From: Pseudolabrys sp.
GTDB taxonomy: Bacteria; Pseudomonadota; Alphaproteobacteria; Rhizobiales; Xanthobacteraceae
NCBI GenBank assembly: GCA_050998115.1
Contig: JBPCQM010000025.1
Coordinates: forward strand, 1-58,733
Length of the DNA stretch: 58,733 nt
Reading direction: 5' to 3'
Position 1 is the first letter of the stretch. Every line of letters starts with the position of its first letter. A program made the position numbers and the translations under genes. Positions 36,841-46,869 of this stretch are shown here, one piece after another. The notes beneath the pieces were generated by a model. That model saw only the letters and a list, made by a program, of their open reading frames with translations. It was not told where the DNA came from and searched no databases.

Positions 36841-37464
36841 TCAAACCGCGTTGAGCCAGCCGAACCGGATCGGAAAACCCTCGCCGCCGAGCATCGCGAT
36901 CGACTCATAAAGCGGCAAACCCACCACGTTGGTATAGGAGCCGACGATCTTGACCATGAAGGAGCCGGCGATGCCTTGCGCGGCGTAGCCGCCGGCCTTG
37001 CCGCGCCATTCGCCGGAGGCGAGATAGGCTTCGATGTCCTCGTCCGACAGCCGCTTGAAGCGCACGCGGGTCTCGACTAGCCGCTGACGGAACGCCTCGC
37101 GCGGCGTCACGATGCAGACCGAGGTGTGGACCCGGTGATTGCGGCCTGACAGCAGCCGCAGGCATTGCGCCGCCTCGTCGAGCATTTCCGCCTTTGGCAG
37201 AATGCGCCGGCCAACCGCGACGACGGTGTCGGCGGCGAGAATGAAGGAGCCGCGCAATTCGTCGTCGAGCTTGATGGCTTCGAGTGCAGCGACCGCCTTG
37301 GCGTGGGCCAGCCGGTTGGCGTAGGCGCGCGGCAACTCGCCGCGCTTTGGCGTCTCGTCGATATCGGCGGGCTTGAGCGCGTCAGGCTCGATGCCGGCCT
37401 GATTGATCAGGCTGAGCCTTCGCGGCGAACCGGAGGCGAGGACCAATTTGGGACGGCCGATCAT
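36841..37464 (-). CDS. maf: Maf-family nucleoside triphosphate pyrophosphatase
   Basis: [20 protein letters not shown] and NVVGLP. Confidence 0.92.
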   Translation of the reverse strand: MIGRPKLVLASGSPRRLSLINQAGIEPDALKPADIDETPKRGELPRAYANRLAHAKAVAALEAIKLDDELRGSFILAADTVVAVGRRILPKAEMLDEAAQCLRLLSGRNHRVHTSVCIVTPREAFRQRLVETRVRFKRLSDEDIEAYLASGEWRGKAGGYAAQGIAGSFMVKIVGSYTNVVGLPLYESIAMLGGEGFPIRFGWLNAV

Positions 37465-37525
37465 GCGCGCGGCAAACTAGCCGAAGGACACACGTACCAC
37501 AACACAGCTATGATTCCGGGACTCG

Positions 37526-38359
37526 CTACGCCCGGAACGCCTGCTTGTCGGTGCCTGAATAAAGCGCCTTGACCTGGCGCCCGACCGCGTCGGCGTGGGC
37601 GGCGCGTGCAGCATCGTCGAGATCGCGCTTCGGTCGCGGCTCGTGGTCAAAATTGCCGTCGCGATCGACGCCGCGCACCAGCATTGCCGAATCACGCACC
37701 TTGAGCTGCCTCACATCGGTCGGGATGTAGCGGATCGCCAGACCGATGCGCCGGTCATCGGAACGGTTCGGCTCCGAGCCATGCACCACCTTTACATGAT
37801 GCAGCGACATCTCGCCCGGATTGAGGATACAATCGACCGTCTTCTCGTTGTCGATCTTGACTGCAATCTCCTGGCCGCGTGACAGCAGATTGTCCTGGTG
37901 GAACTTGTCGACATGCTTGAGGTGGTCCTGCGTCTGCGACCCGGGCACGAATTTCATGCAACCGCTTTTGAGGTTGGCCGGTGACAGCGCCACCCACGCG
38001 GTCATCACATCGTCCTTACTCAATCCCCAGTAGAACGCGTCCTGATGCCAGGACACGAAGCCCGGACTATGGCTTTCCTTGATGAAAAAATTCGTGGTCC
38101 AACACAGCAAATTCGGGCCGAGAATATCTTCAGCGGCATCGACGATCTTCGGATGATGCACGAGTTCGTCAACCCAGGTGAACAGCAGATGTGCCTTGTG
38201 GCGATAATTGCCTTGCAGTGGCTGGCCGGTCTCGGTTTCGTGCGCCTCCAGCGCGTTGCGGAAATACCCGACCTCGCTTTGCGACAGCGCGGGGACCGGA
38301 AAATAATAGCCGTCGCGGCGATAGGCCTCCACCGCGGCCTGTGAAAGGCTTTTTGGCAT
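37526..38359 (-). CDS. Phytanoyl-CoA dioxygenase (PhyH) family protein
   Basis: WHQD (HxD), HGSEPNRS..RR and PGSQ. Confidence 0.85.
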   Translation of the reverse strand: MPKSLSQAAVEAYRRDGYYFPVPALSQSEVGYFRNALEAHETETGQPLQGNYRHKAHLLFTWVDELVHHPKIVDAAEDILGPNLLCWTTNFFIKESHSPGFVSWHQDAFYWGLSKDDVMTAWVALSPANLKSGCMKFVPGSQTQDHLKHVDKFHQDNLLSRGQEIAVKIDNEKTVDCILNPGEMSLHHVKVVHGSEPNRSDDRRIGLAIRYIPTDVRQLKVRDSAMLVRGVDRDGNFDHEPRPKRDLDDAARAAHADAVGRQVKALYSGTDKQAFRA

Positions 38360-38436
38360 GGCGCCTTCTCCTGATATGCGTGCCGGTATGTTATTGATAT
38401 ATGCCAGCGGGACAAGCCGGGGCTAATGGCGAAGGT

Positions 38437-38904
38437 TTACTCGTTCCCGCCGCCGCTTGCGCCAAAGCGATCGCGGATATGCGCCGATAGCTGATCGCGC
38501 ACCTCGCGGTAGGCGTCGAGCCGCTGCTCGCGATTGCCTTCCGCCGCGGTCGCATCCGGCGTCGCCCAGTACTCCACCGCGATGCCGGAGTTGCCCGCGC
38601 GTTGCAGCGCCTTATGGTGCGCGCCGGGCGTCAGCGTGACGATCAGGTCGAAGTTGAAGCCTTCGAGGTCGTGGTAGTCCTCGAAACTGATCGGCTTGTG
38701 GCGCGCGATGTCGATGCCGATTTCCTCCATCGCCGCCACCGCGAACGCATCGAGCTCGCCGGGCACGACGCCGACCGAGGCCACCGTGATCGCGCTGCCG
38801 AACATCTGCCGCAACAGGCCCGCCGCCATTGGCGAGCGCACGGCATTCATGTCGCAGGCAAACAGCACCGCCTGCGGACGTGAAGGTCGCTCGGCTGCGG
38901 CCAT
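38437..38904 (-). CDS. Low-molecular-weight phosphatase/ArsC-like protein
   Basis: VLFACDMNAVRSPMA (CX5R) motif. Confidence 0.85.
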   Translation of the reverse strand: MAAAERPSRPQAVLFACDMNAVRSPMAAGLLRQMFGSAITVASVGVVPGELDAFAVAAMEEIGIDIARHKPISFEDYHDLEGFNFDLIVTLTPGAHHKALQRAGNSGIAVEYWATPDATAAEGNREQRLDAYREVRDQLSAHIRDRFGASGGGNE

Positions 38905-38911
38905 GAGGGAG

Positions 38912-39403
38912 CTAACCCTTCCAGTGCAGCACGCAGATCAAGGTGAACAGCCGGCGCGCGGTATCGAGGTCTACCTCGACCTTGCCCTTGAGCCGCTCCA
39001 TCAGGATTTCCGAACCGTCATTGTGAATGCCGCGCCGGCCCATGTCGATCGCTTCGATCTTGTCGGGCGTCGCGGTGCGGATCGCCTGAAAATAGCTGTC
39101 GCAGATCAGATAATAGTCCTTGACGATGCGGCGCAGCGGCGTCAGCGAGAACAGATGCGCGACCACCGGCTCGCCATCGGCGGTGCGGATGTCGAACACC
39201 AGGCGGCTGCCGTCGATGCTCAGATGCAGCGCATAAGGCCCGCCGGCGTGGTCGGCCGGCGCGAAATGATTCCGCTCCAGCAGGTCGTAGATCGCGACCT
39301 TGCGTTCATGCTCGATGTCGGCATTGGTCGAGCCGATCGAGGCTTCGTCGAGCTCGACCGCGACGAGCCGCTGCTTTTTCTCAGGCGTTTTCGCCGCGCT
39401 CAT
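38912..39403 (-). CDS. UPF0262 family protein
   Basis: [25 protein letters not shown] and [13 protein letters not shown]. Confidence 0.9.
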   Translation of the reverse strand: MSAAKTPEKKQRLVAVELDEASIGSTNADIEHERKVAIYDLLERNHFAPADHAGGPYALHLSIDGSRLVFDIRTADGEPVVAHLFSLTPLRRIVKDYYLICDSYFQAIRTATPDKIEAIDMGRRGIHNDGSEILMERLKGKVEVDLDTARRLFTLICVLHWKG

Positions 39404-40704
39404 TGGCGGTTGAGGCGGATCGAAACCGAGCGGGCATGGGCGTCGAGCCCTTCGGCTTCAGCAAGCGCAATGGCGGCCGGGCCAAGCGCGCGCAGTTGCT
39501 CAGGCCCGCACCTGAGGATCGAGGTGCGCTTCATGAAATCGAGCACGCCGAGGCCCGACGAGAAGCGCGCTGAACGCGCGGTCGGCAACACATGATTGGA
39601 GCCGGCGACATAATCGCCGATGGCTTCCGGCGTGTGGGCGCCAATGAAGATCGCGCCAGCGTTGCGGATTTTCGACGCCAGCGCCCCGGCATTCTCGGCA
39701 GCGATTTCGAGATGTTCGGGCGCCAGCGCGTCGGTCAGCGCGACGGCGTCGGCGAGCTTCGCCACCGTGATGATGGCGCCGAAGTCGCGCCACGACTTGC
39801 CGGCGATGTCGGCGCGCAGCAACGTCTTGAGCTGCGATTCAATGGCTTTTTCGACCTGCGCCGCCAGCGCAGCGTCGTCGGTCATAAGAATGGATTGCGC
39901 GCTGGCGTCATGCTCGGCCTGCGCCAAGAGGTCCGCCGCGATCCAGTCGGCATTGCCGGTCTTGTCGGCGAGGATCAGCACTTCCGACGGGCCGGCGATC
40001 ATGTCGATGCCGACGTGGCCGAACACCAGCCGTTTCGCCGCCGCGACATAGGCGTTGCCCGGCCCGACGATTTTCGCCACCGGCTGGATGGTCGCCGTGC
40101 CATAGGCGAGCGCCGCCACCGCCTGGGCGCCGCCAATCCGGTAAATTTCGTCGACGCCGGCGAGTTTCGCCGCCGCCAGCACTAAAGGCGGCAGTTTTCC
40201 ACCGTTGTCCCCTCGCGCCGGCACTACCATGACGAGGCGCGGCACGCCGGCGACCTTGGCCGGCACCGCGTTCATCAGCACCGACGACGGATAGGCCGCG
40301 GTGCCGCCCGGCACATAGAGCCCGACCGCCTCGATCGCGTTCCAGCGCGAGCCCATCTCGACGCCGAGCGGATCGGTAAAACTGTCGTCGTTCGGCTTCT
40401 GCCGGAGGTGATAGGTTTCGATCCGCTCGCGCGCCAGCTTCAGCGCGTCGAGCGCTTTCGGATCGCATTGCTTCGCTGCGGCGTCGATCTCGTGTTCGCT
40501 GACGCGCAGGCCTACTTTCACTAGATCGACCCGGTCGAATTTCCGGGTGAGCTCGATCAGCGCCCGATCGCCGCGCGCGGCGACATCGTTAATGATGGCG
40601 CGTACCGCTTGCTCGACGTCTGGTGCGCTCTCGCGCTTGACGTCGAGCAAGGCGCGAAAGCGCGCGGCAAAATCGGCGCTCTGGCTGTCAAGGCGCAACG
40701 GCAT
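39400..40704 (-). CDS. hisD: Histidinol dehydrogenase
   Basis: [34 protein letters not shown] and NHVLPT. Confidence 0.95.
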   Translation of the reverse strand: MPLRLDSQSADFAARFRALLDVKRESAPDVEQAVRAIINDVAARGDRALIELTRKFDRVDLVKVGLRVSEHEIDAAAKQCDPKALDALKLARERIETYHLRQKPNDDSFTDPLGVEMGSRWNAIEAVGLYVPGGTAAYPSSVLMNAVPAKVAGVPRLVMVVPARGDNGGKLPPLVLAAAKLAGVDEIYRIGGAQAVAALAYGTATIQPVAKIVGPGNAYVAAAKRLVFGHVGIDMIAGPSEVLILADKTGNADWIAADLLAQAEHDASAQSILMTDDAALAAQVEKAIESQLKTLLRADIAGKSWRDFGAIITVAKLADAVALTDALAPEHLEIAAENAGALASKIRNAGAIFIGAHTPEAIGDYVAGSNHVLPTARSARFSSGLGVLDFMKRTSILRCGPEQLRALGPAAIALAEAEGLDAHARSVSIRLNRQ

Positions 40705-40784
40705 AACCTGTCTCGCGGAACGCGTCCGTTGACAGGTCAATGGGTGATGGCAAACGGCGCGTCAACCCCGCTGTAAGCGGACGG

Positions 40785-41234
40785 CTACGCGGTCTGTTCG
40801 ATGGCTTCGTTATGGGCCGGACACCCGGCGGCGGTCCAGGTCGGGCCGAGATCGGCGAGTTCGGCCTCCAGGCATTCGACTTCAAGCCGCAACGCCGGGC
40901 CGCCGGAGAAGGTCAGCGTCACCACGCCGCCGGGCGCGTCGGTTTCGGCAAATTCCACCGCCAGCAGGTTAAGCACCTCGTCGGGATGGGCCGGACTGAG
41001 GTCGCGGCATTTGCACGACCGCACCCGCTCGAAGCGCAGCGCGGCACGGCGGCGCCGGAATTCCGGCCGGGTCGTCTGCGCCGCTTCCCAGTCAAAGCGG
41101 TTGAGGACGATCACCAGCCGGTTCTCGCGCGGCCGCCACAGCACTTCGGAGGCGTTGACCACCGCGTCCTGCAAATGGGCGGACACGACCGCAAGATCCT
41201 CGGCGTCTAGCGCGACGAATTTCAGCAGACCCAT
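40785..41234 (-). CDS. DUF2948 family protein
   Basis: DAEDLAVVSAHLQDA, NRFDWE and LEVECLEAELADLG; conserved position between murA and hisD. Confidence 0.85.
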   Translation of the reverse strand: MGLLKFVALDAEDLAVVSAHLQDAVVNASEVLWRPRENRLVIVLNRFDWEAAQTTRPEFRRRRAALRFERVRSCKCRDLSPAHPDEVLNLLAVEFAETDAPGGVVTLTFSGGPALRLEVECLEAELADLGPTWTAAGCPAHNEAIEQTA

Positions 41235-41289
41235 CAGACGGCTCCGGTCCGTCGATAGTTAGGCAGACCGCCGCTCCGGCGCAAGGTGC

Positions 41290-41991
41290 CTAGAAGGCCG
41301 GAGTCATTCCGGCAGCGGCCCAACGCGGCCGGGTTGCCGGCGCCGTCATGTATTTGACGAAGGCGAATGCCGCGTCACGCTCGCCGCTGGCGGCCGGCAC
41401 GCCCGCTGCATAACCGTTGGTATTGCGCAGATCCCCCGGCAGTTCGCCGACCACCTGCGCGCCTTCGTGCGGCACGATCTCGCTGATGAAGGTGCTGCCC
41501 ATCTCGGCGCGGCCGTCGATCACCGACGCGACCACCTCTGCACCGCGCTTGCCGAATACCGTCTTGCGGTTGATCTCGTCCCTGATGCCGAGCCGCTCCA
41601 GCACCGCGACGAACAGCCGGCCGCCGGTGCCGCCGCCGGCCGGATCGGAATAGGTGAACGTCCTCGCCGCCAGAATCGCCTGCTTGAATTTCTCCGGTGT
41701 CGAGATGTCCGGCTTGGGCGCGCCGGCACGCACAAACAGACCGGTCACGGTGCTGGCGAGATTCCTGACGCTGCCCTCGACGAAGAAGCCGGGCGTGTTG
41801 AGCCTGGCAATCGCCTCTTGCGAACTGATCACGATGTCGAACGCCTCGCCGCCCGCCACTCGGTCGCGCACCATCCCGGCGGTGGCGAAATTGAGCTCGA
41901 CTTTATGGCCGTGCTCGCGCTCGAAGTCGGCGGCGAGATCGGTCGCCATCTTCTGCACGGCGCCGGCACTGAGCAGCCGAAGCGCCGCCAT
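41290..41991 (-). CDS. ModA-like (SBP_bac_11) substrate-binding-fold protein without a signal peptide
   Basis: LLSAGAV, VRAGAPKPDIST, YSDPAGGGTGG and FISEI motifs; its ATG overlaps the murA TGA. Confidence 0.75.
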   Translation of the reverse strand: MAALRLLSAGAVQKMATDLAADFEREHGHKVELNFATAGMVRDRVAGGEAFDIVISSQEAIARLNTPGFFVEGSVRNLASTVTGLFVRAGAPKPDISTPEKFKQAILAARTFTYSDPAGGGTGGRLFVAVLERLGIRDEINRKTVFGKRGAEVVASVIDGRAEMGSTFISEIVPHEGAQVVGELPGDLRNTNGYAAGVPAASGERDAAFAFVKYMTAPATRPRWAAAGMTPAF

Positions 41992-43280
41992 CAAACGCTC
42001 AGCCGCTCGATCGAAGCGCCGCAAGCGGCGAGCTTGGCCTCCAACCGCTCGAAGCCGCGGTCGAGATGATAGACGCGGTTGACCATGGTCTCGCCCTCGG
42101 CGGCCAGCGCGCCGATCACCAGCGAAACCGACGCGCGCAAGTCGGTCGCCATCACCGGTGCGCCCTTGAGCTTCTCGACGCCCTCGATGGTCGCGGTTTC
42201 GCCGTCCAGCGAAATGCGGGCGCCGAGCCGCGCCAGTTCTTGCACGTGCATGAAGCGGTTCTCGAAAATGGTCTCGGTGATACGCGACGTGCCGCTGGCG
42301 CGCGACATCAGCGCCATCAATTGCGCCTGCAAATCGGTCGGAAAGCCGGGAAACGGAGCAGTTGTGACATCCACCGGCGCGATGCCGGAGCCGTTGCGGG
42401 TGATGCGGATGCCTTCGTTCGCCGGCGTCACCGTGGCGCCGGACTTGCCGATCACGTCGAGTGCGGCCTGCAGCAATTCCGGCCGCGCGTTCTGCAGCAT
42501 CACGTCGCCGCCGGTCATCGCCACCGCCATCGCGTAGGTGCCGGTCTCGATGCGGTCCGGCAACACGCGATGCCGCGCGCCGTGCAATTTCGTCACGCCC
42601 TCGATGATGATGCGCGAGGTGCCGGCGCCGGAAACCTTGGCGCCCATCTTGTTGAGGCAATCGGCGACATCGCCGATCTCGGGCTCGCGCGCCGCGTTGT
42701 CGATCACCGTGGTGCCTCGCGCCAGCGCCGCCGCCATCAGCGCGGTATGCGTGCCGCCGACCGTCACCTTGGGAAACACGATCTCGCCACCGCGCAGGCC
42801 GTTGGGTGCGCGCACCATCACATAGCCGCCCTCGATCTCGATCTGCGCGCCAAGTTTGTCGAGCGCCATGATCAGCAGATCGACCGGCCGCGTGCCGATC
42901 GCGCAGCCGCCCGGCAGCGACACTTTGGCCTGGCCCATGCGCGCGAGCAGCGGCGCGATCACCCAGAAGCTGGCGCGCATCTTTGAGACCAGATCGTAAG
43001 GCGCCGTGGTGTCGACGATATTTTTCGCAGAAATGTGGATAGTGCGGCCGGCATTCGGATCGTCGCCCGGCCGCTTGCCGGCGATCATGATATCGACGCC
43101 GTGATTGCCGAGAATACGCTGCAGCAGCACGACATCGGCGAGCCGCGGCACGTTTTCGAGGATCAGCGTCTCCTCGGTCAGCAGGCTGGCGATCATCAGC
43201 GGCAGCGTCGCGTTTTTCGCGCCCGAAATCGGAATCGATCCGTTCAGCCGCTGTCCGCCGATAATCTTGATGCGATCCAT
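41991..43280 (-). CDS. murA: UDP-N-acetylglucosamine 1-carboxyvinyltransferase
   Basis: [29 protein letters not shown] and TDLRAS. Confidence 0.97.
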   Translation of the reverse strand: MDRIKIIGGQRLNGSIPISGAKNATLPLMIASLLTEETLILENVPRLADVVLLQRILGNHGVDIMIAGKRPGDDPNAGRTIHISAKNIVDTTAPYDLVSKMRASFWVIAPLLARMGQAKVSLPGGCAIGTRPVDLLIMALDKLGAQIEIEGGYVMVRAPNGLRGGEIVFPKVTVGGTHTALMAAALARGTTVIDNAAREPEIGDVADCLNKMGAKVSGAGTSRIIIEGVTKLHGARHRVLPDRIETGTYAMAVAMTGGDVMLQNARPELLQAALDVIGKSGATVTPANEGIRITRNGSGIAPVDVTTAPFPGFPTDLQAQLMALMSRASGTSRITETIFENRFMHVQELARLGARISLDGETATIEGVEKLKGAPVMATDLRASVSLVIGALAAEGETMVNRVYHLDRGFERLEAKLAACGASIERLSV

Positions 43281-43357
43281 TCTGCCCCCGGGGCGCTAAT
43301 CCTGGACCGAGCCTCGCCGCGTGATTGCGGCGGAAGTCAGACCCGGCAAAGCACCGT

Positions 43358-43504
43358 TCAACTGTCCTGCCGCTGTTGCGTTCCCGGCGAGGGCGTCGCC
43401 GGCCGCCGGGCGCGCGCCTGCGTCTTGCGGCGCTTGAGATTCTCCCGCAATTCGCGGGCCAGCCGTTGGCTGCGTTGCTGCTGGGCGGGCGATTTTTCGG
43501 CCAT
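43358..43504 (-). CDS. 48-aa basic microprotein upstream of murA (below the ORF-track cutoff)
   Basis: Translated by hand as MAEKSPAQQQRSQRLARELRENLKRRKTQARARR...QDS*. I recall the RL...LRENLKRRK motif upstream of murA in other alphaproteobacteria. Confidence 0.65.
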   Translation of the reverse strand: MAEKSPAQQQRSQRLARELRENLKRRKTQARARRPATPSPGTQQRQDS

Positions 43505-43629
43505 GCCGGCAGTTTACGACCCTAACGGCAATGGCACAAAGCCGTTTCAACGCCTTGTACTCATAGCGGCTCGACAGGTCTGTTGTGATCGGATATTCGC
43601 AAGCCGCCGGCGGGTTTTGCCCCGCTCAG

Positions 43630-43704
43630 GCTGCCGTAGCTCAGTGGTAGAGCACTTCATTGGTAATGAAGAGGTCCACAGTTCAATCCTGTGCGGCAGC
43701 ACCA
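43630..43704 (+). tRNA. tRNA-Thr (GGT)
   Basis: GCTGCCGTAGCTCAGTGGTAGAGCA-CTTCA-TTGGTAA-TGAAG-AGGTCCACAGTTCAATCCTGTGCGGCAGCACCA. Confidence 0.96.
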
Positions 43705-43735
43705 TCCCGGGCTTTGGTGAGAAAGACGCCAACCC

Positions 43736-45436
43736 TTAGTGCGGCTTCAGAAACCCGAAATCGCAGCCCTGATCGGCGCCGAGAATTTCCTGGGCGTAGA
43801 GTTTGGCGTAGCCGCGCGACGGCAGTTCCGGCGGCGGTTTGGCGCTCGCCGCGCGCTTCTTGAGTTCTACGTCATCGACCAGAAGTTCGATCCGCTTGTC
43901 CTTAACCGACAACCGGATGCGATCGCCACTGCGCACCAAACCCAACGGCCCGCCGGAGGCGGCGTCCGGCGTCACGTGCAGCACGATGGTGCCGAACGCG
44001 GTGCCACTCATACGCGCATCCGAAACGCGGATCATGTCCTTTACGCCAGCGGCGGCGAGCTTTTTCGGGATCGGCAGGTAGCCGGCTTCCGGCATCGCGT
44101 CCGGCGAATTCGGCCCGGCATTCTGCAACACCATTATGTCATTCGCCGCGATGTCGAGCTTGGGATCGTCGACCCGCGCCGCAAGATCGGCCAGCGAGGA
44201 GAACACCACCGCCCTGCCCTCGGTCTCGAACAGCTTGGTGTCGGCCGCCGATCGCTTGAGGATGGCGCCGTTCGGCGCCAGATTGCCGAACAGCGCGACC
44301 AGCCCGCCCTGCGGCTCAAGCGGCTTGGCGCGCTCGGCGATGACATTGCGGTCGATGAACGGATCGTGCTTGGAAGCGAGCCGTTGCCCCAAAGTTTCGC
44401 CGGTCACCGTGATGCAGTCGAGGTGCAACAGATCCTTGAGTTCGCGCAGCAGCGCGCCCATGCCGCCGGCGGCGAAGAAATCCTCCATGTAACCATTGCC
44501 AACTGGCTTAAGGTTGACCAGCACCGGCGTGGTTTCCGACAGCTCGTTGAGGCGCTCGAGCGACACGTTAATACCGGCGCGGCCGGCGATCGCGGTGAGA
44601 TGAATGACGGCAGTGGTCGAACCGCCGAGCGCCAGCAGAACGCGCAGTGCGTTCTCGACGGACTTCGCCGTGACGATCTTGTCGGGCGTCAGCTTCGAAC
44701 CGATCAGTTTCACCGCCGCGGCGCCGGTCGCTTCCGCGGCGCGCAGCCGATCGGCGTGCACCGCCGGAATAGCGGCGGTGCCGGGCAGAATAAAACCGAG
44801 AGCTTCGGCGATGCAGGCCATAGTCGACGCGGTTCCCATCACCGCGCAAGTGCCGGCGGTGGTGGCGAGCCGGCCTTCGACCACCGAGATTTCCTCGTCC
44901 GATACTTTGCCGGCGCGATACTGCGCCCAGAACCGGCGGCAGTCGGTGCAGGCCCCTAACCGCTCGCCGTTGTGGCGGCCGGTCATCATCGGCCCGGCGA
45001 CCAACATGACGGCCGGCAAATTGGCCGACACCGCGCCCATCAATTGCGCCGGCACCGTCTTGTCGCAGCCGCCCATCAGCACGACGGCATCCATCGGCTG
45101 GGCGCGGATCATCTCCTCGGTGTCCATCGACATCAGGTTGCGGAATTTCAGGCTGGTCGGATTGAGAAACACTTCCCCGAGCGAGATGGTCGGGAAGTCG
45201 ACCGGCAGCGCGCCGGCCGCCAGCACGCCGCGCTTCACCGCTTGCAGCAATTCCGGGAAATGCCGGTGGCAATTGTTGAAGCCGGAGCCGGTATAGGCGA
45301 TGCCGACCACCGGCTTTAGCAGCATCTCGCGCGAATAACCCATCGACGCCGCAAACGAGCGACGCAGATAAAGCGAAAAATCCATTTCGCCGTAATTGGT
45401 GAGGCCGCGGCCGAAACCGGTCGGGTTGTCTGTCAT
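43736..45436 (-). CDS. IlvD/Edd-family dehydratase
   Basis: NNCH, GCDKT, GTCAVMGTASTM, SDARMSGT and LHVTPDA. Confidence 0.88.
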   Translation of the reverse strand: MTDNPTGFGRGLTNYGEMDFSLYLRRSFAASMGYSREMLLKPVVGIAYTGSGFNNCHRHFPELLQAVKRGVLAAGALPVDFPTISLGEVFLNPTSLKFRNLMSMDTEEMIRAQPMDAVVLMGGCDKTVPAQLMGAVSANLPAVMLVAGPMMTGRHNGERLGACTDCRRFWAQYRAGKVSDEEISVVEGRLATTAGTCAVMGTASTMACIAEALGFILPGTAAIPAVHADRLRAAEATGAAAVKLIGSKLTPDKIVTAKSVENALRVLLALGGSTTAVIHLTAIAGRAGINVSLERLNELSETTPVLVNLKPVGNGYMEDFFAAGGMGALLRELKDLLHLDCITVTGETLGQRLASKHDPFIDRNVIAERAKPLEPQGGLVALFGNLAPNGAILKRSAADTKLFETEGRAVVFSSLADLAARVDDPKLDIAANDIMVLQNAGPNSPDAMPEAGYLPIPKKLAAAGVKDMIRVSDARMSGTAFGTIVLHVTPDAASGGPLGLVRSGDRIRLSVKDKRIELLVDDVELKKRAASAKPPPELPSRGYAKLYAQEILGADQGCDFGFLKPH

Positions 45437-45570
45437 TTGTCAGTCAGTTCCATCGTCTGTGCCAGCACCCTGGCCTGGCGGCAGTTTCTGCGGCCAGGAT
45501 GGCTTGGATGCAAGCGGATCAGGAGAGATCGGGGAATGCCGGCTGTGACGAATTTCGCCTCGACAAATGC

Positions 45571-45587
45571 CCTGGAAGCCTTCTAAA
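45571..45587. promoter_or_regulatory. Possible Irr-binding ICE motif
   Basis: CCTGGAA-GCC-TTCTAAA versus TTTAGAA-N3-TTCTAAA; right half perfect, about 43 bp upstream of hemA. Confidence 0.45.
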
Positions 45588-45629
45588 AACCGCGGGCGGG
45601 CGCAAGAATCAAGCAAGAATCAAAGCGGC

Positions 45630-46859
45630 ATGGATTACGACGCATATTTCACTCGAGCATTGGCCAGCCTGCGGGACGAGCGCCGCTACCGCGTGTTTGC
45701 CGACCTCGAACGCATCGCCGGCCGCTTCCCTTATGCGCTTTGGCACGCCCCGGAAGGCCCCCGCGAGGTCGTGATCTGGTGCTCCAACGACTACCTCGGC
45801 ATGGGCCAGCACCCCAAAGTGATCGGCGCCATGGTCGAGGCGGCCTCGCGCATGGGCACCGGCGCCGGCGGCACCCGCAACATCGCCGGCACCAACCATC
45901 CGCTGGTCGATCTCGAGCGCGAACTCGCCGATCTGCACAACAAGCCGGCCGCCTTGGTGTTCACCTCGGGCTACATCTCCAACCAGACCGGCATCGCCAC
46001 CATTGCCCGGCTGATGCCGAACTGCCTGCTGCTGTCCGACGCGCTCAATCATAATTCGATGATCGAGGGCGTGCGCCAGGCCGGATGCGACAAGCTGATC
46101 TTCCGTCACAACGACATCGGCCATTTGGAGGAACTACTCAAGGCGACCGATCCCTCGCGGCCGAAGCTGATCGTGTTCGAAAGCTTGTACTCGATGGACG
46201 GCGACGTCGCGCCGGTCCACGCCATCTGCGATCTCGCGGAACGTTACGGCGCGATGACCTATGTCGACGAAGTCCATGCCGTCGGCATGTACGGCGCGCG
46301 CGGCGGCGGCATCACCGATCGCGAGAGCGCGATGGGCCGCGTCGACGTGATCGAAGGCACGCTGGCAAAAGCGTTCGGCTGCCTTGGCGGTTATATCGCG
46401 GCGAGTGCCGAGTTGGTCGACGCCGTTCGCTCCTACGCGCCGGGCTTTATCTTCACCACCGCGCTGCCGCCGGCGATCTGCGCGGCGGCGACCGCCGCGA
46501 TCCGCCACCTGAAAACCTCGCAGTGGGAACGCGATCGCCATCAGGACCGAGCCGCGCGGGTCAAGGCTGTGCTCACTGCCGCCGGGTTACCGGTGATGTC
46601 GAACGAGACTCATATCGTGCCGCTGCTGGTCGGCGATGCGGAAAAATGCAAGGCGGCCTGCGACATGCTGCTGGCCGAGCACCGCATCTATATCCAGCCG
46701 ATCAATTATCCGACCGTGCCGCGCGGCATGGAGCGGCTGCGCATCACGCCTTCGCCCTATCATGACGACGCGCTGATCGATCGGCTTGCCGAAGCGCTGG
46801 TCGATGTCTGGGAGCGTCTCGGTTTGCCGACGCGCGGCCAGGCGCTCGCCGCCGAATAA
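45630..46859 (+). CDS. hemA: 5-aminolevulinate synthase
   Basis: [32 protein letters not shown] (PLP Lys) and QPINYPTV. Confidence 0.95.
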   Translation: MDYDAYFTRALASLRDERRYRVFADLERIAGRFPYALWHAPEGPREVVIWCSNDYLGMGQHPKVIGAMVEAASRMGTGAGGTRNIAGTNHPLVDLERELADLHNKPAALVFTSGYISNQTGIATIARLMPNCLLLSDALNHNSMIEGVRQAGCDKLIFRHNDIGHLEELLKATDPSRPKLIVFESLYSMDGDVAPVHAICDLAERYGAMTYVDEVHAVGMYGARGGGITDRESAMGRVDVIEGTLAKAFGCLGGYIAASAELVDAVRSYAPGFIFTTALPPAICAAATAAIRHLKTSQWERDRHQDRAARVKAVLTAAGLPVMSNETHIVPLLVGDAEKCKAACDMLLAEHRIYIQPINYPTVPRGMERLRITPSPYHDDALIDRLAEALVDVWERLGLPTRGQALAAE

Positions 46860-46869
46860 TTGCACTCTT

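Noticed and set aside
41290-42660. 456-aa ORF overlapping murA as a fusion or overprinted gene
   Set aside because: The N-terminal part is an off-frame shadow of murA; the real gene begins at ATG 41991.
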